The position numbers and the translations under genes were made by a program. The notes under the pieces are model-generated. The model was not told where the DNA came from. It saw only the letters and a program-made list of their open reading frames with translations, and did no database searches. Positions 1-8,761 of a stretch of 64,000 nucleotides of DNA are shown piece after piece. The first letter of the stretch is position 1. Each line of letters begins with the position of its first letter. The stretch lies in IMG/VR virus record IMGVR_UViG_3300029258_002750, positions 186,001 to 250,000 of that record. One strand, 5' to 3'.

Positions 1-2
1 GC

Positions 3-56
3 TCGCTGAACATCTTCCGCAACCGGCTCAAGACCGCAATTGGAGGACAGTCGTGA
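3..56 (+). CDS. 3' end of an upstream gene (partial, ...SLNIFRNRLKTAIGGQS*)
   Basis: Open frame from the window edge ending in TGA 54-56, overlapping the GTG start of the next gene (GTGA coupling). Confidence 0.4.
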   Translation, partial: SLNIFRNRLKTAIGGQS

Positions 57-607
57 GTTTCTACGATCGCATCGTCGAAGGCGGCGGCTACGACGACCCG
101 CCCGACCTTTCCGAGTTCCAGCGCCAGGTGCTCAGGGCTGCGCGGGCGACGCCCAGCGTGAGTGGCACGGGCCGGTTTATCGGCGGAAAGGCGGCGGGTT
201 CAGTCATCAAGACCATGCGCAAGCAGGGCGTCACCGTGAAGGCGGCGGAGGGCAAGAAGAAGGTAGAGAAGGCGCTCGCCCAGCTCCACAAGCGCGGCCT
301 AGTCTGGACCCGGCGCGAGGGTACCTGGTCCGGCAAGGCAGGTGGCGAGGTCTTCCACACGCGCGTCTCCACGCCATCCGCAACCTCGATCAAGAGGGGC
401 GGCTACGTCGACCTGTTGCTCAAGAAGCTGAAGAAGGCTGGCATCAAGACGGCGACGACGTGCCAGCTCGACTACAGCAAGACCCTGAACCGGCGCGAGG
501 GGATCGGTATGTCCATCGCCGATGTCGTGAAGCTCGCCGCACTTCCGTCCTTCAAGCTCCCGACGAAGGACGAAGCCCGCGCCCACAGGCACGCGAAGGG
601 GAAGTAG
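53..607 (+). CDS. Basic hypothetical protein, candidate internal head protein
   Basis: 184-aa Lys/Arg-rich ORF, GGAGG upstream, coupled to both neighbours. N-terminus MSFYDRIVE resembles the T4 capsid-targeting sequence (MKTYQEFIAE). Confidence 0.7.
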   Translation: MSFYDRIVEGGGYDDPPDLSEFQRQVLRAARATPSVSGTGRFIGGKAAGSVIKTMRKQGVTVKAAEGKKKVEKALAQLHKRGLVWTRREGTWSGKAGGEVFHTRVSTPSATSIKRGGYVDLLLKKLKKAGIKTATTCQLDYSKTLNRREGIGMSIADVVKLAALPSFKLPTKDEARAHRHAKGK

Positions 608-1092
608 TGGTCCCGTACGGTCTGGCAGAAGGAGCGCTCATCTACGCGGCCGATGGTTCGATCATCATGCCAACGTCGATCGAGAAGCTCGCCAAGACCG
701 GGGAGCAGCCCGAGGTTCTCGCCTACCACAAGAAGAAGGACAGGATCGTCAAGGTTGTGGCGCAGTACCCACGGATGGCCAGTACCGAGGCCGAGATCGT
801 GGAGGTGACCCTCTTCAACATGCACAAGCTCCGATGCACGCCGAACCACAAGGTGCTCACGACGGTTGGCCTCATCGAAGCCAGGGACCTGAGGACGGGC
901 GACAAGCTCGTTAGTCCGTCTGCCGGAGCGGGCATTCCCGGCCAGTTCATGTTCACCGCCAACAGGGCCAATCGCGTGGCGGTCGCGGGCGACCCTGTCC
1001 CAGCTGGAAAAGCGCGTGTGTTCGACATCACCACCACGACGGGCAACTTCGTTTGCGAGGGTATCGTCGTCTGCGGCAAGGATGCGAAGTGA
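607..1092 (+). CDS. Free-standing Hint (intein-like) domain protein, splicing residues degenerate
   Basis: GTG at 607 overlaps the upstream TAG. Block A-like GLAEGALIYAADGS, block B LRCTPNHKVLT, blocks F/G VFDITTTTGNFVCEGIVVCG. Has G where Cys1 is expected and CG where His-Asn is expected. Confidence 0.8.
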   Translation: MVPYGLAEGALIYAADGSIIMPTSIEKLAKTGEQPEVLAYHKKKDRIVKVVAQYPRMASTEAEIVEVTLFNMHKLRCTPNHKVLTTVGLIEARDLRTGDKLVSPSAGAGIPGQFMFTANRANRVAVAGDPVPAGKARVFDITTTTGNFVCEGIVVCGKDAK

Positions 1093-1826
1093 GCATTGCG
1101 GGCGACACGGTTATCCACACCCTCACCGGCCCGCAAACCGTCACTCGCATCGCCAACACCGACAAGGCTGTTCACGTCTTCGCCTGGAACGGGGCGAAGA
1201 TCGCGGGCGGCCGGATCTACATTCCGCCGACACCGTGCCGCGCTCAGACGTATCGCGTCGTCCTCGACAACGGCCGCAGCTTGCGGGTCAGCGCCGACCA
1301 GCGCTTCCTGGTATTCACCAAGAGCGAACCGAAGGGCGTTGAGACCGTTCAGGCGATAGACCTCAAGCCGGGCACGAGCCTGCTCCCCCTCTACCTCGGT
1401 CGTATCAAGCAAGGTGGCTATCCGACCTTCAAGCAGGTGGGCGATCATTGGAAGCGATCGGCGTGCGCCAGCGACCGGAAAAGATGGCGGAGCGTCGCTC
1501 GAATGGTGTATGAATGGGCCTCTGGCGACGCTCTCGTTCCTGGGCTTCGGGTGAAGCACAAGGACGGCAATCCTGACAACTGCCACCCCAAGAATCTCTA
1601 CATCGACGGGACCCCACGGCCGGGGAACCGCAGCAAGCTCAATCGTCTTCTCGATCTCCAGAGGAAGATCATGCCAGGCAACCACAAGGTCGCCGGTTGC
1701 GAACCCTGGATCGAAGAGGAAGATGTATACGACGTCCTTCCACAAGACTGCTCGAGCGTTGCGGCGACCGAGGTCTTCTTGGGGGTCGGCGAGGAGACTG
1801 GAGGACTAGATGGCCCTCCGCGATAG
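1089..1826 (+). CDS. Free-standing intein-like protein (Hint + HNH endonuclease domain), splicing residues degenerate
   Basis: GTG at 1089 (GTGA overlap). Block A MSIAGDTVIHTLTG, degenerate block B LRVSADQRF, LKPGTSLLPLY, HNH-like ARMVYEW...VKHKDGNPDNCHPKNL, block F NHKVAGCEPWIEEEDVYDV. No terminal HN. Confidence 0.75.
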   Translation: MSIAGDTVIHTLTGPQTVTRIANTDKAVHVFAWNGAKIAGGRIYIPPTPCRAQTYRVVLDNGRSLRVSADQRFLVFTKSEPKGVETVQAIDLKPGTSLLPLYLGRIKQGGYPTFKQVGDHWKRSACASDRKRWRSVARMVYEWASGDALVPGLRVKHKDGNPDNCHPKNLYIDGTPRPGNRSKLNRLLDLQRKIMPGNHKVAGCEPWIEEEDVYDVLPQDCSSVAATEVFLGVGEETGGLDGPPR

Positions 1827-3711
1827 GGCGGTCAAGGCGCTCCGAAACGTGTTCGGCGCTCCTCAAGCGGAGCGCGCCAAAGCCGACTCGCCCTCGGTCG
1901 CGGCGATGCGGCATCACGTGCCCAGCATGTTCACGGTCTGGGGACGCGAGGACATCGGCGGCCTGCTCACCGTCTCCCAGTCCCTCATGGATCGGTTCGC
2001 CGACTACGAGGCGATGGAGGAGTACCCAGACATCAACTCGGCCTTCCACTACTTCGCTAATGACGCGACTCAGCCCTCGGTCAAGGACGGCCGATGCATC
2101 TGGGTCCAGTCGGAGGACAGTGCGATCAAGGGCCTGGGCGACGACCTGATGCATCGGACGCTGCGGGTCGAGGATGAGATCTGGCCGCAGGCGTACGGTC
2201 TCGGGATGATGGGCAACGACTATCTCGAGCTGCTCATCACCGAGAACGGCGTCGTCGGGACCAACACGCTCCCCGTGCCCACGATGAGGCGCGTCGAGCG
2301 GCTTGACGGCGGCCTGATCGGCTTCGTACAGGACGTGACCGGCCAGTTCACCGCGAACAGCCAAGAGCTGCGGCGGATGCTCGCAGGCAATGTCGAGATC
2401 CCCAGGAGCCTCGCCCTGTTCGAGGACTGGCAGGTCGCCCACTTCCGACTGCGCGCGACGCGGCGGCGCATTCCCTACGGCGTCTCCGTCGCCGAGGGCG
2501 CCCGTTGGATCTGGAAGCGCCTGGTGATGCTCGAGGACAGCGTGCTGATCTACAAGCTCACACGCGCGCCAGCTCGCTACGCCTACTACATCGACACGAC
2601 GGACGTGCCATCCGATCAGGTCGGGTCGTTCCTCCAGAAGGCGAAGAGGGACCTCAAGAAGAAGCGGATGGTCAACCCCCGCTCCGGTCGCCTGGATCTC
2701 CGCTACAACCCGCTGGCGAGAGACGAGGACTTCTTCATCGCCGTTCGCGAGGGCCGCGAGCTGGCCCGGGTGGACGTCCTCTCCGGTCCCGACTACCAGG
2801 CTGTCGATGACGTGGAGTACTTCAAGCAGATGCTCCATGCGACGCTGAAGGTCCCGCGCGCCTACCTCGGCAAGGACGAGGCTCCGCCGTCGAAGTCGAT
2901 CCTCTCGAACGACGACGTGCGGGCGGCCAGGGTGACCTTGAACCTCCAGCGCGAGCTGAAGATCGGCTGGGAGCGGATCATCCGCACGCACCTGGCCGCG
3001 CGAGGCGTGCGCGATCCCTGGAAGCCCGAGTTCACGATCGAGATGACCATTCCTTCGGGGATCTGGGAGCTGTCGGCCTACGAGACCCTCAATGCGGCGG
3101 CCGACTATGCGAGCCGGATCCAGCCGTGGGTCAGTACCCGCTGGATTCAGGAGAAGATCCTCAAGTTCTCGGAGGAGGAGATCAAGGAGATCGAGAAGCA
3201 GCAGAAGAAGGACTCCGAAGAAGAGCAGTCCGGCGACCTGCCCAGCTATGCGATGGGCGGTGCCCAGGGAGGTCCGCCGGAGGCTCCGCCACCTGGCGGG
3301 GAGGAAGAGCCCGAGGAACCCGCGCCCGAGGAGAAGGAGGGCGAGGAGGAAGAGGGGACTCCCAAGCCGAAGCCTGCGCCCAAGCCTGCGCCGAAGCCCA
3401 GGGCTCCTGCGGTCGGGAAGTCGAAGAAGGCGACGCCGGAGGAGATGAAGCGGTGGGACTATGAGCGGCGGCTCGAGGAGTGGAAGTACAGGGAGTCGAA
3501 CCGGCGGCACGCCGAGATCATGGACAAGCTCGGCCAGCTGACAAAGGATGATCCGGGCTTCGCCAGGCGCGATCGGGAGCGCCGTGCGTTCTTCGAGGAC
3601 GTGCGCGGCCTACTCCGGCGAACCAACGGCGGCGGCATCGCTGTACCGCCTGGGGGGAAGTTCTCCCGGAAGGAGCTGCTCTCGATGTCCCGAAGATTCC
3701 ACGGCCGGTAG
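1810..3711 (+). CDS. Portal protein (T4 gp20-like)
   Basis: gp20-family motifs DYEAMEEYPDINSA, LEDSVLIYKLTRAPARYAYYID, YNPLARDEDFFIAVREG. GGAGG RBS. Position before core, protease and capsid genes. Confidence 0.93.
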   Translation: MALRDRAVKALRNVFGAPQAERAKADSPSVAAMRHHVPSMFTVWGREDIGGLLTVSQSLMDRFADYEAMEEYPDINSAFHYFANDATQPSVKDGRCIWVQSEDSAIKGLGDDLMHRTLRVEDEIWPQAYGLGMMGNDYLELLITENGVVGTNTLPVPTMRRVERLDGGLIGFVQDVTGQFTANSQELRRMLAGNVEIPRSLALFEDWQVAHFRLRATRRRIPYGVSVAEGARWIWKRLVMLEDSVLIYKLTRAPARYAYYIDTTDVPSDQVGSFLQKAKRDLKKKRMVNPRSGRLDLRYNPLARDEDFFIAVREGRELARVDVLSGPDYQAVDDVEYFKQMLHATLKVPRAYLGKDEAPPSKSILSNDDVRAARVTLNLQRELKIGWERIIRTHLAARGVRDPWKPEFTIEMTIPSGIWELSAYETLNAAADYASRIQPWVSTRWIQEKILKFSEEEIKEIEKQQKKDSEEEQSGDLPSYAMGGAQGGPPEAPPPGGEEEPEEPAPEEKEGEEEEGTPKPKPAPKPAPKPRAPAVGKSKKATPEEMKRWDYERRLEEWKYRESNRRHAEIMDKLGQLTKDDPGFARRDRERRAFFEDVRGLLRRTNGGGIAVPPGGKFSRKELLSMSRRFHGR

Positions 3712-3723
3712 GCGCAAACCTAG

Positions 3724-3752
3724 TTGCGCAGGATAGATGTAGACCGTAGAAA
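3724..3752 (+). promoter_or_regulatory. Possible sigma70-type promoter (TTGCGC-N17-TAGAAA)
   Basis: Intergenic, 17-nt spacer. The -35 overlaps a GCGCAA/TTGCGC inverted repeat. The -10 lacks the final T. Confidence 0.3.
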
Positions 3753-3773
3753 GTTAGGAAGGGAGCGCCTGTC

Positions 3774-4607
3774 GTGAACGACGCAGCCATCATCAGTCTC
3801 CTGCGCAACGTGAGGCAGGCCGACGACGTCCTCTCGCGTCTGCGGGATGGGTCGCTCGAGGTCCGGCGGGAGCGGATCGCCGAGGCGTTAGCCAGCCCCG
3901 ACTGGGCTGCCGGACCGGCGCAGCTCCTTGCCACGTACCCGCACCACGCGCTCATCGAGAAGAACGACATCCTGATGCGCGTCCGGGTCGAGGAGGAGGA
4001 CGGCAAGATCGAGTTGGGCGAGGTGGAGGTGTTCGACATCCCCGACAAGGTGGGGGATGTCGGTGCCGAGGTCATGGAGACAGCCAAGGCGGCCGTCGAC
4101 CTGATCCTGGCGGACGACTACGACGCTGCGACCCCGCTTGTTGCGGGCATTGCCAACGCGCTCAACTACAAAGGCGATCTCGGCGAGCAGGTCGCGACCG
4201 AAGTGTCCAAGCGTTCCATCCAGCGGGACGCCTGGTGGCACAAGGTCGTGCGCGAGGGAGTCGGCGAGGACGCGCAGATCGAGATCCCTGCTCCTCGCGC
4301 GAACGACCTGCCGGGGAGTATCGACGATCTCCGAGAGGCGCTGACGACGGCCGCGAGGACCGTGGCGGAGGTCGTGCAGCAGATCCCCGGGGAGCGCGCC
4401 ACGAAGGAGATCGTGGAAGCGGCCCGGGACATTGCGGCAGACATGAAGTACGCCATTCAGGCGCTCGGTGCCGCGAGCCGTGACGACGAAGCCGAGCTGG
4501 CAGGCGTCTACGAGGGCGTGTCCGGCATGGCGAGCCACCTTCTGATGGGTGCCAAGTTCCTCGCGAGCCTGGCCGAGCAAGACACCGCGAACGCAACGAA
4601 GGAGTAG
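3774..4607 (+). CDS. Hypothetical protein (head assembly region)
   Basis: 277-aa ORF with genome-typical codon usage, AAGGGAG upstream of GTG. Confidence 0.75.
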   Translation: MNDAAIISLLRNVRQADDVLSRLRDGSLEVRRERIAEALASPDWAAGPAQLLATYPHHALIEKNDILMRVRVEEEDGKIELGEVEVFDIPDKVGDVGAEVMETAKAAVDLILADDYDAATPLVAGIANALNYKGDLGEQVATEVSKRSIQRDAWWHKVVREGVGEDAQIEIPAPRANDLPGSIDDLREALTTAARTVAEVVQQIPGERATKEIVEAARDIAADMKYAIQALGAASRDDEAELAGVYEGVSGMASHLLMGAKFLASLAEQDTANATKE

Positions 4608-4611
4608 GACC

Positions 4612-5862
4612 ATGATGCTGGGAGACCAAGGACCCCAGACTTCGATCGAGGAGGATCTTCAGGCTCTCGGAATGGGTCACCTTCTCGCTGAGGCCGACAC
4701 TTGCCCGTCCAGCAAGGGCGACGGGGATGACGACGACGAGGACGAGGACGAGGGCAAGGAGGAACAGACCGAGGCGCGCGAGTACGACGAGGAGACCGGC
4801 CGTACCGAGATCGAGGTTCGCGCCGAGGACGAGGACGAGTACGAGATCGACGAGGACGAGTTCTTCGAGATCGTCGGCGAGTTCATGGAGTCGCTCGATC
4901 TGGACGAGGACCAGGTCGACGACGCCCTCGAGAGCGAGGAGTTCACGGACATCTTCGTCGAGGCCCTCGTGGCGAACGATGCCCTGGACGAGATCGACGA
5001 GGACGAGGAGGACGAAGAGATCGAGGAGGACGAAGACGAGATCGACGACCCCAGGATGGAGGCCGCTGCCGATCTGCTCGGCCTGTTCTACGATCATCTC
5101 CAGACCATGACCGAGGACGACGACAGGCCCAACTACGACGACCTGGTCGGAGTGATCGAGGCGTTCGAGTACCTCACGGACGGGATCCTCGACGAGACCA
5201 AGCGGACGATGGGTCTCCGCGCCCTCCGCAAGGCCCGCCGGACGAAGAGTCGCCTGGCCAAGCGCGGGAAGATGAAGCGGTCGACCTTCAAGGCCGCGAA
5301 GCGCGGCCGGATGATGATCGGCGGCCACGAGTTCAAGGCCGGTGCCGCGTCCCGCGCCCAGTTCCGCAAGCTGATGCGGAGCGCGAGCCCGAGGCGCCGG
5401 AAGGCCCTCAAGAAGCGGCTCAAGGCTCAGATGGGCGTGACCTCCAAGGACGTCAAGGCCCGGATCACCGGCAAGAAGATGGCAGCCGACGTGGAGCCCC
5501 AGGGCAGCCCGATCTCCGAGCTGGTGCAGCACCTCAACGACCTGCGCGAGGCCGTCCAGAGCGACGACTCCGCCGCCGAGGAGCTGGTCGACGGGCTCAG
5601 GAGCGTCTTCGAGACGGCGACCACCTTCTACGAGCGGATCGCGGAGGAGGTCAGCAGCGACGAGTCGATCGAGGAGGAGGACAAGGAGGACGACCCGCGC
5701 GTGGCGATGGGTCGGCACCTCGAGTCGATCGCCGAGGACTCGGCGGCCGTCGCCCAGCGGATCGTCGAGGGAGAGGCGGACATCAACGACGCGGCCGACG
5801 ACCTGCGCGCCCTGGCGGCGGACCTCGACGATGCGATGGAGGCGATGAAGGGGATCGAGTAG
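4612..5862 (+). CDS. Acidic/basic prohead core protein (T4 gp67/gp68-like position)
   Basis: ATG at 4612 after AAGGAG. Very acidic flanks around a K/R-rich core (LRALRKARRTKSRLAKR...RRRKALKKRLK). Lies between portal and protease like T4 core genes. Confidence 0.6.
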   Translation: MMLGDQGPQTSIEEDLQALGMGHLLAEADTCPSSKGDGDDDDEDEDEGKEEQTEAREYDEETGRTEIEVRAEDEDEYEIDEDEFFEIVGEFMESLDLDEDQVDDALESEEFTDIFVEALVANDALDEIDEDEEDEEIEEDEDEIDDPRMEAAADLLGLFYDHLQTMTEDDDRPNYDDLVGVIEAFEYLTDGILDETKRTMGLRALRKARRTKSRLAKRGKMKRSTFKAAKRGRMMIGGHEFKAGAASRAQFRKLMRSASPRRRKALKKRLKAQMGVTSKDVKARITGKKMAADVEPQGSPISELVQHLNDLREAVQSDDSAAEELVDGLRSVFETATTFYERIAEEVSSDESIEEEDKEDDPRVAMGRHLESIAEDSAAVAQRIVEGEADINDAADDLRALAADLDDAMEAMKGIE

Positions 5863-5915
5863 TCCAGCTGACCTGGTAACCTACTCGCTCAACATCTAGC
5901 CTTACGGAGATACCG

Positions 5916-8747
5916 ATGACGACAAACAGGCGCGTGCTGGTCGACCACTACGGTCCTCCCATGAAGATGCAGATCCTCGAGGGGAAGGACGGCGGCAAGC
6001 TCGTTGTCGAGGGCAAGATCGGCCACGTCGACAAGCCCACGGCGAACAACCGCGTCTACCCCCGCTCGGTCATGGAGAGGGAGATCGGAAGACTCCGGCC
6101 CCGGATCGAGCAGGGGTCCGTCATCGGGGCAGTCGATCATCCCGGTGATGGCAAGTGCCTCGGCCTGGGGACTCCGGTTCTCATGGCCGACGGTCGCGTG
6201 CTCCCGGTCGAGGAGATCGTCACCGGCGACCGCCTCATGGGACCGGATGGCAAGGCGCGGACGGTGCTGGCGACGACCGCTGGCACCGGCCCGCTCTACC
6301 GGGTTGACCCCAAGAAGGGCGATCCGTGGGTCTGCAACGACAAGCACGTCCTGACGCTGGTCCACACGTCCAACGGCGAGGTCGTGGACATCCCGGTCGA
6401 GGACTACCTCGACAAGAGCATCTACTACAAGAGCCGCTACAAGCTGTTCAGCACCGGCGTCGAGCGGTTCGAGGACGAGGCCGAGCCGCCCAGCGTCGAT
6501 CCCTACTTCCTGGGCGCCTGGTTCGGTGATGGTTCCAAGACGAAGATCAACTTCGTCGCGCCCGAGACGATGGGTCTGTCGGCTGTGCGCGCTGTGGCGA
6601 TCACGACCATCGACCCGGAGATCCGGGAGATGTGCGAGGACATCGCCGCCAAGTGGGAGGTTCGCGTCAACGAGGTTCCCAAGACCACGGGGACCGAGGC
6701 CGTCACGCTCTACCTGTCCACTGACAAGGGGCAGGACAACCGCCTGCTCCGCGCTGTGCGCGATCTCGTCGGGCCGGACATGCGCGTTCCCGATCAGATC
6801 GTGCGCGGGAGCCGCGAGACCCGTCTCCAGTTCCTCGCCGGTCTGATCGACACCGACGGGCATCTCCAGCACAACTGCTTCTACATCACCCAGAAGCGCG
6901 CCGACTACGCACAGGTCGCGCACCGGATCGCCAAGTCGCTCGGCTTCCAGGCCGTGCTCTCCACGCGCAAGGTGCAGGGCTACAGCGACGACTACCACAC
7001 GCTCACCATCTGGGGCGACGTGGAGCAGATCCCGACCCGTCTGGAGCGCAAGAAGGCCGAGCTGCGCGAGCAGCGGAAGGACGCGCTCAGGACCGGGTTT
7101 ATCGTCACGCCCATCGGAACCGGCGACTACGCCGGGTTCGAGCTGGACGGCGACGGTCGGTTCCTGCTGGGCGACTTCACCGTCAGCCACAACAGCCGGA
7201 TCCGGGAGGGTGGCTGCATCGTCCGAGGTCTCTGGATCGAGGACGATGGCACGATCAACGGCAAGTTCGAGGTCGTTGAGGAGGCCGACGCGGGTCGCAA
7301 CCTCGCCGCGTTCCTGCGGCGGGGTGCGGCCATCGGCATGTCCAGCCGGGGCATGGGTTCCACGTCCACCGGCCCCCAGGGCTGGGACGTGGTCGGCGAG
7401 GACTTCAAGCTCAACACGTGGGACTTCGTGGCCGATCCGGCCTGCCACGACGCCTACCCGTCCGTGATCTCCGAGGACGTGGACGGCGAGGGCAAGCCCA
7501 CCGGCAAGCTCGTGGTCAACCCCGAGGAGGTCAACGAGACGGTGCTGCGGCAGCACTTCCCCGACGCGGTTCGCGTGATCGAGCAGCACGCGATGCGCGT
7601 GGCCTCGGAGACGGCGGCCGAGGACGCCGACGACCGGGTCAACGGCGAGGTCGAGTCCCAGAAGGAGGAGATCTACAAGAAGGCGATCGACGAGCTGCGC
7701 GAGGACTTCGCGGCCAAGCTCGTCCGCGCGCTGGCCGAGATGCGCACGAAGGTCGAGGAGGACGTCCGCAGCGACTTCGCGAGCGACCCCGAGACGGCTG
7801 GCGCCAAGCTGGCCCTCAAGAAGATCGCCGAGATGGTCAACCCCTATGCCCCGTCGCCGGACGAGAAGAAGGTCTTGGACGAGAAGGACGCCAAGATCGA
7901 GGAGCTGTCCCAGGCAGCGGACGAGCAGGAGAAGAAGGCCCGCGATGCCGAGCTGCGCGTCGTCCGCGTCGAGGAGAAGACGCGCGAGCTGGCCTTCCAG
8001 CTCTACGTCGAGCAGATGATCGGCGGTCGCGAGGACCGCGAGAACGTCCGCGACCTGATCGGCGACCTCTCCGCGTGCAAGAACGCCGAGGAGCTGAAGA
8101 CGCGAGTCGAGTCTGCGCTGACCTCGATCGAGGAAGCCCAGATGTCGGCGAAGAACGAAGCGAACGAGGAGGCCGAGGCTGCGATCCGGCTCGCGGAGGA
8201 GCGAGCGAGCGACGCCGAGATCGCGCTTGCCCAGGCGGAGGCACGCGAGAAGCGCTACCGCGCCGAGGTCACCAAGCGGTTCGAGGCTCTGGAGTCCCAG
8301 CTGACCTCGGCCATCGAGAGCAAGGACGAGGAGATCGGTGCGGCCCGTGCCCGTATCGAGGAGCAGGCCGACATGCTGGAGCGGGCGGTCACCGCAGGCA
8401 CCCGCGCGAAGCTCCTGGCCTACGCGAGCGACCGCACGGTCGGTCACCCGCACCGCGACGCGATCATGGAGGACGTGAAGAACGACGAGCTGACGTCCAT
8501 CAAGGAGATCGATGCTCGCGCTTCCGAGACCGAGCGTCGAGCGCAGGAGCCGGGCGGCCCGATGGAGCGGGTGCGCCGGTCCATGAGTGCCGGTCGCGAG
8601 CACATCACCGAGGACGAGCGACGCGCGTTCGAGGCGAGCGAGAACCAAGGTTTCGTCGGTGGGGACGATGCTTCCCGGGACCTGGAGTACCTGGGAACGT
8701 CCTTGACCGAGCAGCAGCGCTTGGCCGGGAGGACCCGGCGAGCTTGA
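5916..8747 (+). CDS. Prohead protease (T4 gp21-like) with intein, fused to a C-terminal coiled-coil scaffold (gp22-like)
   Basis: TANNRVYPRSVMEREI, GAVDHP (catalytic His), AIGMSSRGMGS (catalytic Ser), WDFVADPA. Long E/A/K/R-rich C-terminal region. Directly upstream of the capsid gene. Confidence 0.9.
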   Translation: MTTNRRVLVDHYGPPMKMQILEGKDGGKLVVEGKIGHVDKPTANNRVYPRSVMEREIGRLRPRIEQGSVIGAVDHPGDGKCLGLGTPVLMADGRVLPVEEIVTGDRLMGPDGKARTVLATTAGTGPLYRVDPKKGDPWVCNDKHVLTLVHTSNGEVVDIPVEDYLDKSIYYKSRYKLFSTGVERFEDEAEPPSVDPYFLGAWFGDGSKTKINFVAPETMGLSAVRAVAITTIDPEIREMCEDIAAKWEVRVNEVPKTTGTEAVTLYLSTDKGQDNRLLRAVRDLVGPDMRVPDQIVRGSRETRLQFLAGLIDTDGHLQHNCFYITQKRADYAQVAHRIAKSLGFQAVLSTRKVQGYSDDYHTLTIWGDVEQIPTRLERKKAELREQRKDALRTGFIVTPIGTGDYAGFELDGDGRFLLGDFTVSHNSRIREGGCIVRGLWIEDDGTINGKFEVVEEADAGRNLAAFLRRGAAIGMSSRGMGSTSTGPQGWDVVGEDFKLNTWDFVADPACHDAYPSVISEDVDGEGKPTGKLVVNPEEVNETVLRQHFPDAVRVIEQHAMRVASETAAEDADDRVNGEVESQKEEIYKKAIDELREDFAAKLVRALAEMRTKVEEDVRSDFASDPETAGAKLALKKIAEMVNPYAPSPDEKKVLDEKDAKIEELSQAADEQEKKARDAELRVVRVEEKTRELAFQLYVEQMIGGREDRENVRDLIGDLSACKNAEELKTRVESALTSIEEAQMSAKNEANEEAEAAIRLAEERASDAEIALAQAEAREKRYRAEVTKRFEALESQLTSAIESKDEEIGAARARIEEQADMLERAVTAGTRAKLLAYASDRTVGHPHRDAIMEDVKNDELTSIKEIDARASETERRAQEPGGPMERVRRSMSAGREHITEDERRAFEASENQGFVGGDDASRDLEYLGTSLTEQQRLAGRTRRA
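6156..7193 (+). mobile_element. Intein with LAGLIDADG homing endonuclease (346 aa) in the prohead protease
   Basis: Starts CLGLGTPVLMADG and ends GDFTVSHN followed by Ser(+1). LAGLIDADG motifs YFLGAWFGDGS and FLAGLIDTDG. Confidence 0.95.
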
Positions 8748-8761
8748 TGAGGAGGTAGCCG

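Noticed and set aside
40-606. N-terminal 189 aa of the 350-aa ORF as an extein of the Hint domain
   Set aside because: It overlaps the better 53-607 gene in another frame and reads as an R/G-rich shadow sequence. GTG 607 is the coupled start.
4720-5050. GACGAG-type nucleotide repeats
   Set aside because: Explained by the Asp/Glu-rich protein sequence.
5889-8648. Long antisense ORFs (e.g. 919 aa here; also 1669-3510, 19456-21747, 8783-10135)
   Set aside because: Shadow frames of GC3-rich + strand genes. No motifs, no RBS logic.
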